NCBI GenBank assembly: GCA_902796575.1 | Contig: CADBPS010000041.1 | Span: 5,926-69,925, forward strand | Direction of reading: 5' to 3' | Source: an uncultured Methanobrevibacter sp. | GTDB taxonomy: Archaea; Methanobacteriota; Methanobacteria; Methanobacteriales; Methanobacteriaceae | Length of the DNA: 64,000 bases | In this document: positions 51,906 to 62,722 of the stretch, in pieces | Numbering within the stretch: the first letter of the stretch is position 1 | Layout: each line of letters starts with the position of its first letter | Made by a program: the position numbers and the translations under genes | The notes under the pieces: model-generated | What the model saw: only the letters and a program-made list of their open reading frames with translations | What the model was told of the DNA's origin: nothing | Databases searched by the model: none

Positions 51906-52787
51906 CTAGTTCCATACTCTGATGATAAACTGGCAGGTTTGAGTTGTAAAGTAGTTGTAGTCCAAGTTATTTTTATCAAAATCTTTCGGAACGGAAACTA
52001 AAACAGCTTTAGCATTTTTTTTATTTAAATGAATGAAAACTATTGAACTTGAATCATTCATATCAAATGTTGATTTTAAATCACCGTTTAAATGGATTTT
52101 AGTATTTGTAACCATTTTCGTATCATCTGACTTAAAATGGGTTGTATCCAGTGAGTACTCCACATTGTTTTTTTCGCTTTCATCAAACAGCAAATAGTAA
52201 TCTGATGATTTTAAATTTCCTTCAAAGATTTTAAGATAATTACAACTGTAATCATTAATATCATGGTTTTGATTACATTTACCGGGATTTAAAAAATCAC
52301 AGACAACATATTTTTTAAAGAAATCACATTTCACAATCCTGTTTACACTGTAAATACTGGAGGGTGATGTTTTGTCCGAACCGATTTTTACACTTGAAAT
52401 GGATGTCTCATATGGAATCAATTCAATTGATGATTCAAATTTATTATCAAAAATACCCTTTTTAACAAGATTATTATAGTCTCTACCTGCCTCCAACAAC
52501 TTAAAATAAGATACACTATTAGGAATAACATTGTTTTCACTGTTAACAATAGCTAATCCCATACGTTTTGCCTTAAAATCTTCCCAATTATTTGGAATTC
52601 CGGGATTATTGATTAAGCTGTCAGCTACTTCATTTAACATTTTTTCAACATTATCACTCTCCACATTATTTGAAAGTTTTTCCAGAGAATTCTGTGTTGC
52701 AAATGCAATGATGCCCAATATTGCAATGATAATTATTAAGGCCACCATTATTTCAAGTGTAAAATTTCCCCTATTGTCCATCATCAT
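51906..52787 (-). CDS. Class III signal peptide (type IV pilin-like) protein
   Basis: MDNRG|NFTLE followed by a hydrophobic helix (G at -1, E at +5). Confidence 0.7.
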   Translation of the reverse strand: MMMDNRGNFTLEIMVALIIIIAILGIIAFATQNSLEKLSNNVESDNVEKMLNEVADSLINNPGIPNNWEDFKAKRMGLAIVNSENNVIPNSVSYFKLLEAGRDYNNLVKKGIFDNKFESSIELIPYETSISSVKIGSDKTSPSSIYSVNRIVKCDFFKKYVVCDFLNPGKCNQNHDINDYSCNYLKIFEGNLKSSDYYLLFDESEKNNVEYSLDTTHFKSDDTKMVTNTKIHLNGDLKSTFDMNDSSSIVFIHLNKKNAKAVLVSVPKDFDKNNLDYNYFTTQTCQFIIRVWN

Positions 52788-53721
52788 AATCCAACCCGTA
52801 TTTTTTAGCATGTGAAGAATCTAAAATCAAGCTATTGATATCCAGTTTATTCAGTTTTTCACCTTCATAGTGGTCATGAAAGACAACATGATCAGAACAG
52901 GAAACAGATCCGTTTGTAAGTGGTGTGTGAGGCTGAATAAAAACTTCCATCCCGTAGTGGGGACATACTGCATCTCCATCCAATCTGCAAAGGTAGCAGC
53001 TGCCGTCGGCGCTTTCATGAAAGTATCCGTTTTTCAAACAGTCTTTCATTGTATCTCCATCTCCATGATGAATGTATGGATCATAAGGACATTTTTTTAT
53101 AATCATCGGTGCAGTAGCTAGAATATACGATTCATAGGAATTTACATTGTTAACAAGCAGATACTGGGATAGAGATTGAAAATAATGAATTGTTGTATCA
53201 TCATAGTCAATATTGCTGTATGCGCTGAGCATGGCAAATGGAAGCGGATCTTTAAGTCCTTCAATTGATGAATTTCTCTGTAAAATTCCATCATACTGAT
53301 TGTTGTCTTTATCGGCTCTGATATGAACTTTGAATAAAACTTTCCATGGACTGTCAGTACTTTCAACAGAAACCACTTCAGAACGAATTTCAACTCCGTA
53401 TTTCTCTTTATATTCCTTGTTTACATCTTTCAGCTTATTATTTAAGATTTTTTTTATATCTTTTCTGCTGTCATGGATTATATGTCCATGATATAATTTT
53501 TCCGTTTCTTCAGCTATTGAATTTCTTCCGATTTCTTCTAAATTTTTGTTATAATCGTTTATAATATATTTAAAATTGTCATTTTCAATGGATTCAATGT
53601 TATCATTTTCAACATTGTTGATTGCATTTATAACGAAAATAAATATTAGAAGTAGGGAAACTATTAGTATAGCTGTTGTTCCAGTTATTATATTTCCTTT
53701 GTTATCTAATTTTGAATACAT
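52771..53721 (-). CDS. Pilin-like leader protein with C-terminal Cys/His-rich domain
   Basis: DNKG|NII plus hydrophobic helix; CPYDPY.HHG..CL..GYFH.S.DG.CY.CRL....CPHYG. Confidence 0.6.
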   Translation of the reverse strand: MYSKLDNKGNIITGTTAILIVSLLLIFIFVINAINNVENDNIESIENDNFKYIINDYNKNLEEIGRNSIAEETEKLYHGHIIHDSRKDIKKILNNKLKDVNKEYKEKYGVEIRSEVVSVESTDSPWKVLFKVHIRADKDNNQYDGILQRNSSIEGLKDPLPFAMLSAYSNIDYDDTTIHYFQSLSQYLLVNNVNSYESYILATAPMIIKKCPYDPYIHHGDGDTMKDCLKNGYFHESADGSCYLCRLDGDAVCPHYGMEVFIQPHTPLTNGSVSCSDHVVFHDHYEGEKLNKLDINSLILDSSHAKKYGLDYDDGQ

Positions 53722-53921
53722 AATTTAGGATAATATAATTCATTTCAAATATTAGTTGCTGAAGTGCGACTTTATGATTTTTCACATCCCTTTATATATG
53801 ATTTTTAAGATTCTTTGAATGCTTTTGGATTTTGACTGATACCTTAAAGATTTTGAATATCTATTTATATTATGTTTTTCAATAAATTACTAATAGATAA
53901 TTAATATTCTGGAGGAATTCC

Positions 53922-54320
53922 ATGTCAGATACTGTTAGAATGTGGCGTCATATACAACAAAGATATAATCTTTTAGGTTCAAAGTGCAGTGTATGTGGGG
54001 ATGTTTTTTTCCCATCTCGTGTTGTTTGTCCTAACTGCAGAAGAAAAGGAAATTTAGAACCTTTCCAATTCTCCGGTAAAGGTAAGATTCATACTTTTTC
54101 AATTATCAGATCACCTCCTGATGATTTTAAAAAGATGGCTCCTTATGCAGTTGCTGTTATTGAATTAGAAGAAGGAGCCAAATTGACATCACAACTTGTT
54201 GACTGTGATGTTGATGATATTGAAATTGGAGATCCTGTTGAAATGGTTTTCAGAAGAATTTCTGAAGACGGTTCTGATGGGGTAATTTCATATGGATTCA
54301 AGTTCAAGTTATTGAAATAA
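53922..54320 (+). CDS. DUF35 Zn-ribbon/OB-fold protein
   Basis: CSVCG.VFFP.R.VCPNC, GKIHTFS, VEMVFRR, YGFKF. Confidence 0.9.
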   Translation: MSDTVRMWRHIQQRYNLLGSKCSVCGDVFFPSRVVCPNCRRKGNLEPFQFSGKGKIHTFSIIRSPPDDFKKMAPYAVAVIELEEGAKLTSQLVDCDVDDIEIGDPVEMVFRRISEDGSDGVISYGFKFKLLK

Positions 54321-54404
54321 TTCCCACAACTTATTACTTTTTTTTATTTCACCATTTTTTCTTAATAACTACTTTTAAATAATACTATTTTTAAAATTAT
54401 TATT

Positions 54405-55298
54405 ATGATAGATAATAATGGAGTTTTACTTATTAGTCATGGTAGTACTTTACCTTATGGTGAAGTAACTTTTAATGAAATTAAAGATAAATTTATTGAT
54501 AGAACGGGATTTGCAACTGAAGTTGGATATATGAAAGTTTCACAGCCATCGATTGCCGGTGCGGTTGAAAATTTAAAGGATAAAGTTGATAATCTCAATA
54601 AAATTACTGCAATTCCTGTATTTTTAGCACCAGGAATTCATACAAATATTGATATTCCTATACTTTTAGGATTGAATCCTTTAGAAACTGATCCCAGATG
54701 TCCTGATGGTAATTATCCGGAAAAACATTATCTTTCCATAGCTGATGATGTTGATTTTGACGGTGAAATTGAATTATTACCGGCTATCGGATCGGATGAC
54801 AGGCTGCTTGAATTTATAAACAAAAGAATTGATGAATCTTTATCTGATTCCGAACTGGATGAAAATGCAAAAACTGGTGTTTTACTTGTGAGTCATGGTT
54901 CCAGGTTAAAATATAATAAAATCTTCATTTCAGAGTTATTTGATAAATTTGCTAAAACTACAGATTATCCTTGTAATTTTGGATTTATGGAACTTGTTGA
55001 ACCTAATATACCAACAGCCATAAAATCACTACTTGATGAAGACGAAATTGAACGGTTAATTGTTGTTCCTGTTTTTATTGCCCCTGGTGTTCATACAACA
55101 AACGATATTCCAGTAATTTTAGGTTTAAAGGAACATACTCACTCTCACAGTCATTCTCATTCACATGAGCACGGTCACCACCATCATCACGATTTGGAAG
55201 TGGTTGATTTTGATGGTGAAATTCTTTATCCGGAACCAATCAAGGCTGATGATATTCTTATTGATATTTTAGTTGAAAAATTAAATAACAGCTTATAA
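54405..55298 (+). CDS. Tandem two-domain CbiX/CfbA-type class II chelatase
   Basis: Two 'LL.SHGS...PVF.APG.HT..DIP' domains; His-rich loop only in domain 2. Confidence 0.85.
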   Translation: MIDNNGVLLISHGSTLPYGEVTFNEIKDKFIDRTGFATEVGYMKVSQPSIAGAVENLKDKVDNLNKITAIPVFLAPGIHTNIDIPILLGLNPLETDPRCPDGNYPEKHYLSIADDVDFDGEIELLPAIGSDDRLLEFINKRIDESLSDSELDENAKTGVLLVSHGSRLKYNKIFISELFDKFAKTTDYPCNFGFMELVEPNIPTAIKSLLDEDEIERLIVVPVFIAPGVHTTNDIPVILGLKEHTHSHSHSHSHEHGHHHHHDLEVVDFDGEILYPEPIKADDILIDILVEKLNNSL

Positions 55299-55360
55299 AA
55301 TAAACTTTAAATATTTCCAATTATAAATTAGTTAATTGCGATAATTCGTAGGATGTTATT

Positions 55361-55822
55361 ATGAATGATGAAAAAACTGGAATATTACTTTTAAGTCACG
55401 GATCAAGATTAAAAGAAGGTGAAGATGTTATTAAAGCATATAAGGAAATGTATGAAGAGGAATATCCTGATTCTATTGTTGAATATGGATTCATGGAAAT
55501 TAGAAAACCAGGAATTCCTGAATCTATAAATAAACTGGCCAAAAATAATGATTTGGATAAAATTATTGTTGTACCAGTATTTATTGCACATGGTCTTCAT
55601 ACCAAAAGGGATATTCCAAAGCTTTTAGGAATTGAAAGTGATTTTGAAGAGGATTCACATCATCATCACCATCATCACGAACACGGTCATCATCACCACC
55701 ACCATCATGACCATGATGAGGAAGAAATTGAATTTAATGGTGAAATAGTTCTGACAGACCCTTTAGGCATTGATACAAGGGTGTATGAAATTATTAAAGA
55801 TAGAATTTCCCAATATAAATAA
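55361..55822 (+). CDS. cfbA: Sirohydrochlorin nickel/cobalt chelatase (CfbA/CbiXS)
   Basis: SHGSR, GFME, PVFIAHGLHTKRDIP, poly-His insert. Confidence 0.85.
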   Translation: MNDEKTGILLLSHGSRLKEGEDVIKAYKEMYEEEYPDSIVEYGFMEIRKPGIPESINKLAKNNDLDKIIVVPVFIAHGLHTKRDIPKLLGIESDFEEDSHHHHHHHEHGHHHHHHHDHDEEEIEFNGEIVLTDPLGIDTRVYEIIKDRISQYK

Positions 55823-55890
55823 TATATCAAAAGTTTTATATATTCCATTATCGTATAATTTATATTACATTAATTTATTTAGTGGTTTAT

Positions 55891-57414
55891 ATGAAATTTA
55901 AGAATATTTTTTTAATAACTTTTTTATTACTAGCTGTATTTTCAATATCTGCTGTTAGTGCTGAAGAAATCGATGATTCAGCTGCAGATGTTCTTGAAGA
56001 TATAAATGTAGATGATAATGTTTTAATTGAAAGTTCACTGGACAGCAATATAATCGCCGATGACGATTCTGGCTCTAATGATACCAAATCTTCAATAGAA
56101 TCCAGTGACCTGACTAAATACTATAAAAATGAATCCCAGTATATTGCGACTTTTTATGATGCGAACGGAACTCCTTTAAATGGTACTGTTGTTACATTAA
56201 AAATTAACAATGGGGAATATCACAGGACAACCAATGAATCAGGTACGGTTAAATTTAATGTAAATTTACCTTCAGGCAATTATACCATGGATGCAACCAA
56301 TCCGGTTACAGGTGAATCTGTTGTCAATAACATTGAGGTTTTATCAACAATTTCATCTGAAAACTTTGAAAAAATGTATGGAAACAGTTCACAGTATTGC
56401 GTTACCCTTCTTGATGGTCAGGGTAATCCTTTAAGTGATACACTTGTAAAATTCAATATTAACGGGAAGTTTTATGGACGTAAAACCAATGAAAACGGTA
56501 CTGCATATTTACCTATTAATTTACCTAGCGGTACCTACAAAGTAACTGTAAATAATACTAAAAATGATGAGCTTGCTTCATATGATATTGATGTAAAACA
56601 GACAATCTCCGGTGAGGACATTACCAAGTATTACAAAAACGGTACTCAGTATTATGCAACTTTCTTTGACACTCAAGGTAACCCGTTAGCTGATACAGTT
56701 GTCAGTTTCAATATAAACGGTAAGATGTATAATCGTAGAACTAATGAAAACGGTACTGTAAAATTTGACATTAACCTTCCTGAAGGTGAATATATTTTAA
56801 CTGCTACCAATCCTAATACTGCAGAAAAACATTCCAATGTTGTTAATGTTTTAAATCAAATTCAAGCCGACAGTGACATGAGAATGGAGTTTAATTCAGG
56901 ATCAAAATATACCGTAACTGTCCATGAGAAAAATGGCGACATAGCCGCAAATAAAAAAGTAACATTCAACATTAACGGAAACATATATTCCCGTACGACC
57001 AGTGAAGAGGGAACTGCTTCCTTGCCTATTAATCTACCGCCGGGAAATTATACTATTACATCATACTATGATGATTCTGAGAAATCTACTAATATAAAAA
57101 TAAGGGTAAGTCCTCAGGTTGAAATCCTAACAACTACAGTTAAAAGTGGAGACTACCTTAAATTCAGATTAACTGAACAATCAACAGGAAATCCAATTGT
57201 AGGAACTCAAATAAACGATAATCCTATTGAATATGATCACTATGGTGTAGTTTATTATAATGAATCAGGTTATGGAGCTCCTCCTGACTCAAATGGTGTT
57301 GTCAGTATTTTGTTAAATGTTCCGGCTGACAGTTACCTGTTCTATATGGGTATAAACGATGACGGATATTATTCCGAAATATACACAATGAATACTATTG
57401 TAGTAACAAATTAA
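55891..57414 (+). CDS. Adhesin-like protein with Ig-like repeats
   Basis: Signal 'ISAVSA'; four repeats of about 85 aa, 'KYYKN..QY..TF.D..G.PL....V.F.ING..Y.R.TNE.GT....INLP.G.Y'. Confidence 0.88.
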   Translation: MKFKNIFLITFLLLAVFSISAVSAEEIDDSAADVLEDINVDDNVLIESSLDSNIIADDDSGSNDTKSSIESSDLTKYYKNESQYIATFYDANGTPLNGTVVTLKINNGEYHRTTNESGTVKFNVNLPSGNYTMDATNPVTGESVVNNIEVLSTISSENFEKMYGNSSQYCVTLLDGQGNPLSDTLVKFNINGKFYGRKTNENGTAYLPINLPSGTYKVTVNNTKNDELASYDIDVKQTISGEDITKYYKNGTQYYATFFDTQGNPLADTVVSFNINGKMYNRRTNENGTVKFDINLPEGEYILTATNPNTAEKHSNVVNVLNQIQADSDMRMEFNSGSKYTVTVHEKNGDIAANKKVTFNINGNIYSRTTSEEGTASLPINLPPGNYTITSYYDDSEKSTNIKIRVSPQVEILTTTVKSGDYLKFRLTEQSTGNPIVGTQINDNPIEYDHYGVVYYNESGYGAPPDSNGVVSILLNVPADSYLFYMGINDDGYYSEIYTMNTIVVTN

Positions 57415-57482
57415 TGTGATTTCACATTAATTTTTATTTTTTTTATTAAAACTTATTAGTTTTAAACTCTATACTATTAACT

Positions 57483-58397
57483 ATGACCTTAAAAATCTCT
57501 GATATAGGAGAAAAGGAATTAATCAAATATATCTTATCTGCTTCACCGGAAATTGTTCCTGATGATTCAGCTATTGTTAATTTTGATAATAACAATTTGA
57601 TATCTACCTGCGATATGCTAATTGAATCGAAGCATTTTCCTGAAAATATGTCTTATTACCAAATGGGATTTAAATCTGTAACTGTCAATGTCAGTGATTT
57701 AGCTGCAATGGGTGCTGATGCCCTTGCTTTTTTGTTGTCAATAGCTCTTCCAAGGGAATTGAAACTTAGTGATTTTAAAGAAATCATAAGTGGAGTCACA
57801 GATGCATGCAAATATTACAATATTCCATTGGTTGGCGGAGACACAAATGAAGCATCTGAAATAATCATATCCGGAACAGCTTTGGGATTGTGCGATAATC
57901 CCTTAATGAAAGACACCTATAAAAAGGGAGATTTAATATGTCTGACCGGAGACATAGGACTTGCAGCTCTGGGATTCCATTTAAATGGTGATAATATTTA
58001 TACAGATAAGGCATTAAATCCGAAGGCTAGATTGAAGGAAGGAATAATTCTTAAAAATAAGGGTATTACATCAGCTACTGATATTACTGACGGTCTTGCA
58101 AGTGAACTATATGAAATTAAAAAGGAAAATTTCGGGTTTCTGATTTATGAAGACAAGCTGGGAATATCTGATGAGTACAAAAAAATATCCGAAAACCTAA
58201 ATCTTAATTATCTGGATTTAATATTACATGTCGGTGAAGATTTTGAGCTGCTTTTTACAATGGATAAGGATACAGACTTGGATATCTCTTATAAAATAAT
58301 AGGCGAAGTTAACGGTACAGGTAAAGTGGAATTAAAATTGTCAGATGGAAAAATAACAGAAATTCAAAATAAGGGATACAATCACTATATTAGTTAA
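57483..58397 (+). CDS. thiL: Thiamine-monophosphate kinase
   Basis: IGEKELI, DDSA, NVSDLAAMGA, GGDT, DITDGL, GEDFELLFT. Confidence 0.93.
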   Translation: MTLKISDIGEKELIKYILSASPEIVPDDSAIVNFDNNNLISTCDMLIESKHFPENMSYYQMGFKSVTVNVSDLAAMGADALAFLLSIALPRELKLSDFKEIISGVTDACKYYNIPLVGGDTNEASEIIISGTALGLCDNPLMKDTYKKGDLICLTGDIGLAALGFHLNGDNIYTDKALNPKARLKEGIILKNKGITSATDITDGLASELYEIKKENFGFLIYEDKLGISDEYKKISENLNLNYLDLILHVGEDFELLFTMDKDTDLDISYKIIGEVNGTGKVELKLSDGKITEIQNKGYNHYIS

Positions 58398-58413
58398 AAA
58401 GGGTTATGATATT

Positions 58414-59286
58414 ATGTTAGTAAGTAAGAATCTATATAGAAAAAGTTCAAAGACACAAAAAATTCGCTGTGAAATATGTTCAAATTACTGTAGAATTGCT
58501 GAAAACAGTGTCGGCATCTGCAGACAGCATAAAAACATCAACGGTGAACTTTTTGATTTAAGTTATGGTATAGTATCCTCCATTAGTCCCGATCCGATTG
58601 AAAAAAAACCTTTAAATCATTTTTTACCGGGCACTTTCACATATTCAATTGGCGGTTTTGGCTGCAACATGACCTGTTTATACTGCCAGAACTATATAAT
58701 CTCACATGAATACGAAAAATTTCGTGAGGGTATTAAAATACAACCAGAAACCATTGTGGAAAATGCACTTAAATATAATTGTAAGTCGATTTCTTGGACC
58801 TATAATGAACCTACAATACACTTACCGTTCAACATGAAAACTTCTTTAATTGCAAAGTCAAAAAATCTGAAAGTCATATATGTAAGCAACGGCTATATGT
58901 CCAGTGAGTCACTAGGTGAAATTCTGAATTTTGTTGATGCATTTAATATAGACCTGAAATCAATGTCTCCGAAATTCTACAAAAAGCTTTGTGGAGCAGA
59001 TTTGGATGTTGTTTTGGATAATTTAAAAAGAATATATGATTCAAAAAAACATCTTGAAATAACAAATCTTATAATTAACGGTTATAATGATTCTGTCGAA
59101 GAAATTGAATTATTATGTGATTTTGTTGCTGATGAATTATCAGCTGATGTTCCTCTTCATTTTTCAAGGGCATTTCCATACTATAAAATGAGAAACATTA
59201 CTCCAACTGATGAGGAAATATTGTTTGAAGCACAAAAAATAGCTTATAAAAAAGGAATTAAAAATGTTTATTTGGGAAATATTTAA
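58414..59286 (+). CDS. AmmeMemoRadiSam-type radical SAM enzyme (PFL-activase-like)
   Basis: DPIEKKPL.HF.PG, GCNMTCLYCQN, WTYNEP, LHFSR.FP. Confidence 0.85.
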   Translation: MLVSKNLYRKSSKTQKIRCEICSNYCRIAENSVGICRQHKNINGELFDLSYGIVSSISPDPIEKKPLNHFLPGTFTYSIGGFGCNMTCLYCQNYIISHEYEKFREGIKIQPETIVENALKYNCKSISWTYNEPTIHLPFNMKTSLIAKSKNLKVIYVSNGYMSSESLGEILNFVDAFNIDLKSMSPKFYKKLCGADLDVVLDNLKRIYDSKKHLEITNLIINGYNDSVEEIELLCDFVADELSADVPLHFSRAFPYYKMRNITPTDEEILFEAQKIAYKKGIKNVYLGNI

Positions 59287-59287
59287 T

Positions 59288-60544
59288 TCATTCCCCAAAA
59301 CTGACTCGTTCAAATTTTTCAAGTGATTTTAAAGATTTCGTTGCATCAACACCAATTTTTGTTGTAGTTCCATCACTTTCGGCAACAGGATCCAGAGAAG
59401 AACCTCGGACATTAGGAACAATCATAATATCCCTGTCACCTTTAACACGTGTAGCTATTGCATATTCAACATCTTCTGCATCAAATATATTAACATCGCT
59501 ATCTACCACGGTACAATGCTTTAGGGAAGGATGAGCAGATAATGCAGCCATTATTGCATTTTTACCGTCGCCTTCAGTCTGTTTGTTGATTGATACAACA
59601 GCATGCAGCCAGCAGCATCCTCCTTCAGTTAAAACAACATTTTCAACTGTAGGAACTGCATTTTTAACGGATTTGTATATTCTCGGTTCCTGAGGAAGAC
59701 CCTGAAGCAGTTTATGTTCAAATCCTGCAGGGATAATTGCATGATAGCATGGATTATCCTTTTTAATATGCATTTTTTCCAGATTAATCACGGGCTGGTC
59801 ACGGATAATATCATAAGTATCAGTTAAATCAACAAAAGGACCTTCAGGTACAGTTTCTGTTACTGAAATCTTACCTTCCAAAATAATATCCGCCTCTGGA
59901 ACTTCAAGTTCACCGCATTTAATTAAAGTTAACTCGCCGTTTTTAAATGCATTGGCAACGTCCATTTCATTGTAGTCTATTGGTATTGAAGTTGTACTTG
60001 CAAGTAAAATTGCAGGATCTATTCCAATAGCTATTGCAATATTCAGGTCTTCATTTTGTTTTTTAGCTTTTTGAAAATAAGTATAAAGGTTTCTTGGCAC
60101 GATTCTGATTACAAGGCGCTTACTGTCCAGCACCATCATTCTGTGAATTGAGGCATTCTGAATACCTGTCTCAGGGTCACGGGCAAAAACAACACCTGCA
60201 GTTATATATTTGCCTCCGTCACGTTTGTAATGAGTTAAAATAGGCAACTTATCTAAATCAATTTCCAGATTATCGTACTTGGAAAAATCCATAAATTTAT
60301 CAACTTTAACAGGATTATCTGAAGCTTCAATTATTTTTTCAGTTATCTCAGAGACTTTACAGTTAATTGATTCAGCTATTTTTTCACGGGTATTGCATAT
60401 TCCCGAAACAACAGGAATATCAAAATTTTTCGGATTTTTAATAACAACAGTATCCTTAGGATAATCTCTTAAAGTTCGAGATATCTCAAATTCTGATGAT
60501 AACTCTTCATCTATTTCTATTATATTTTTATCATTAATATTCAT
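59288..60544 (-). CDS. UbiD family decarboxylase (possibly the anhydromevalonate phosphate decarboxylase of the archaeal mevalonate pathway)
   Basis: NASIHR, EGPFVD.T, GGCCWLH, GSSLDP, KIGVDAT. Confidence 0.85.
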   Translation of the reverse strand: MNINDKNIIEIDEELSSEFEISRTLRDYPKDTVVIKNPKNFDIPVVSGICNTREKIAESINCKVSEITEKIIEASDNPVKVDKFMDFSKYDNLEIDLDKLPILTHYKRDGGKYITAGVVFARDPETGIQNASIHRMMVLDSKRLVIRIVPRNLYTYFQKAKKQNEDLNIAIAIGIDPAILLASTTSIPIDYNEMDVANAFKNGELTLIKCGELEVPEADIILEGKISVTETVPEGPFVDLTDTYDIIRDQPVINLEKMHIKKDNPCYHAIIPAGFEHKLLQGLPQEPRIYKSVKNAVPTVENVVLTEGGCCWLHAVVSINKQTEGDGKNAIMAALSAHPSLKHCTVVDSDVNIFDAEDVEYAIATRVKGDRDIMIVPNVRGSSLDPVAESDGTTTKIGVDATKSLKSLEKFERVSFGE

Positions 60545-60555
60545 TCGAATCCCCT

Positions 60556-61572
60556 TTATAAATTAATTTTCTTATCTTTCAGCTTATTTACAACTTCAGT
60601 AATATTAGGATCTTTAATTGAAAGTATTTCACCTACAAGAACAGCAGCGTTACGTCCGTTATTTGTTCCGACAGTTGCAACAGGAACTCCGGGTGGCATA
60701 TTGACTGTTGTTAATATATGCTGGTATCCAACTTCATTTATACATGGAACGCCAATAACCGGTCTGTCTGTAAGACCTACAAGAGCTCCGGTGACCTGTG
60801 ATGAGTTTGAACTGATTCCAATGAAAATTTTAGCATTTTCCATTGAGTTAATATAGTCCTTAAACTTTTTATTTGATCTTATAGGACAGACAACTTTCAT
60901 ATCATAGCTGATTTTAAGTCTGTCTAAAATAACACTTACTTTTTTAGCAGTTATTAAATCAGAATGTCTTCCGGCAACTATTGCAACATCAACATCATCA
61001 TCAGATTCATCCTTGATGGAATAGGCTTCATCTTCGATTTTTATATTGTCTATAGTTAAAAAGTCCTTTACAAGATATTTCTTATCTTCAAATTCCTGAA
61101 CAATCTTGTTACTCTCAATAACTTTTCTTCGATATTCTTTTCTTAATTCAATAACTTTCTGACGAATTTCTTTATCGTGAACTCCTAAAAATTGAGCAGC
61201 CAATATTGCACCATTATCCCCCCTGTCGATTCCGACAGTTGCAATAGGGGAAGGGTAAGGCATCTGAACACAGGAGTCAAGTGCATCCATCCCGCTTGTT
61301 TTAACATCAACGGGAACACCAATAACGGGTCTTGGAGTGTAGGCAGCTATTGCACCAGGCAAATGGGCCGCAAGACCTGCAATTCCAATAAAAACTTCAA
61401 TACCTGCATCAGTACCTTGTTTAACAATTTCACGCAATAAATTTAATGTTCTGTGGGCTGAAGCTATTTTTAAACTGTAGGGAATTTCCAATTTCTCTAA
61501 AACGTCCATACTTTTTTCAGCAATAGCAATATCAGAACTACTTCCAAGAATTATCATTACTTTTGGAACCAT
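60556..61572 (-). CDS. purE: PurE with tandem duplicated domain
   Basis: Domain 1 [26 protein letters not shown]; degenerate second copy with [11 protein letters not shown]. Confidence 0.9.
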   Translation of the reverse strand: MVPKVMIILGSSSDIAIAEKSMDVLEKLEIPYSLKIASAHRTLNLLREIVKQGTDAGIEVFIGIAGLAAHLPGAIAAYTPRPVIGVPVDVKTSGMDALDSCVQMPYPSPIATVGIDRGDNGAILAAQFLGVHDKEIRQKVIELRKEYRRKVIESNKIVQEFEDKKYLVKDFLTIDNIKIEDEAYSIKDESDDDVDVAIVAGRHSDLITAKKVSVILDRLKISYDMKVVCPIRSNKKFKDYINSMENAKIFIGISSNSSQVTGALVGLTDRPVIGVPCINEVGYQHILTTVNMPPGVPVATVGTNNGRNAAVLVGEILSIKDPNITEVVNKLKDKKINL

Positions 61573-61860
61573 TATAAAATACCCTCTTTGAAAATTTACT
61601 TGATAATAAGGTATGATTTTATTATATTTAATATTATTTTATTGATGAGTCCAAATTTTTCAGTTAAGTGATAGATTTTATCATCCTAACAGTTTCAAGT
61701 TCCCTCAATCTAGCTTACCATATTTGTCTAAATGTTCCATTTCATGATTCAACAGTACTGTCGCATTTGATTAAAATGCTAACATTGCACATATAACGCA
61801 CATCAACATCATCAATTTGGGAAATGGACTTGATATTCAAAAAAGAATAAAAAAATAGTT

Positions 61861-61900
61861 TGACTAATGAAAGTGAATCTTTAAGATTCACTATTAGTCA
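61861..61900. repeat. Strong isolated inverted repeat
   Basis: TGACTAAT-GAA-AGTGAATCT-TTA-AGATTCACT-ATTAGTCA. Confidence 0.7.
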
Positions 61901-62281
61901 TTTCAATATCTATAATATGCTCATACATACTAGGTAGACAGATATTGAACTAAACATATTAAATTAAATTTAGAATTTATATCCGTAATCAGATTCCAAA
62001 TTCTATCATATAATAATGAAATAATTAATATATAATCTTTATGGATTTTTAATTTATAAATTGTAGAAAGTGTAAATTATAAATAAACAAACCCAAATAT
62101 GATTGATTTAAGTCATCAAAAAACAATCATTATAATATGGTTGATTTCTACAATTTAAAGGTGAAATTCTTATCGCATCTTATCAATTAATGTATGATCC
62201 AGATGAGATAGAATGCACAGAACCACGAAATGAAGCAGTATATGAGCATCTGCATCTTCAAATTAGTTTAATTAATCTGAA

Positions 62282-62722
62282 CTAATTTATTTTTTTTCCG
62301 TAAAACATTACTCTTCTAGCTGAGAAATTCCAGAACAGAACAATTATTGAAGCCAGTATCTTTGACAGGAGGTAATTGACAGACCATAAATCCGTGAAAA
62401 TATAGAGAAGGATTTCAGTGAATATCAGACCTACAAAGCTTATAGCTAAAAACAGGTTAAATTCAATAGCCCTGTTTTCAATTTGGCTTTGATTAAAAAC
62501 CCATGAAGTGGAAAGGTAATAATTCACAATAACTGATATGAAAAATGCAATAGCCGCTGATATTAAATAATTAACGTTTAGAAAATTAACCAGACTGAAA
62601 TATATGAAAAAATCAACGAGAAATGCAGTTCCTCCAACAAAAATAAATCTGAAAAATTGTAAAAATATGTTATCAGTTTTTTTAACAAACAGTTTATTAA
62701 TTAAATCATTCATAGCCATCAC
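62282..62722 (-). CDS. GtrA family protein
   Basis: QFFRFIFVGG, NYYLS..WVF, SKILA...V..WNF. Confidence 0.9.
   Translation of the reverse strand: MMAMNDLINKLFVKKTDNIFLQFFRFIFVGGTAFLVDFFIYFSLVNFLNVNYLISAAIAFFISVIVNYYLSTSWVFNQSQIENRAIEFNLFLAISFVGLIFTEILLYIFTDLWSVNYLLSKILASIIVLFWNFSARRVMFYGKKIN

Noticed and set aside
55133-55715. CAT/CAC trinucleotide runs
   Set aside because: Explained by the His-rich loops of the chelatases
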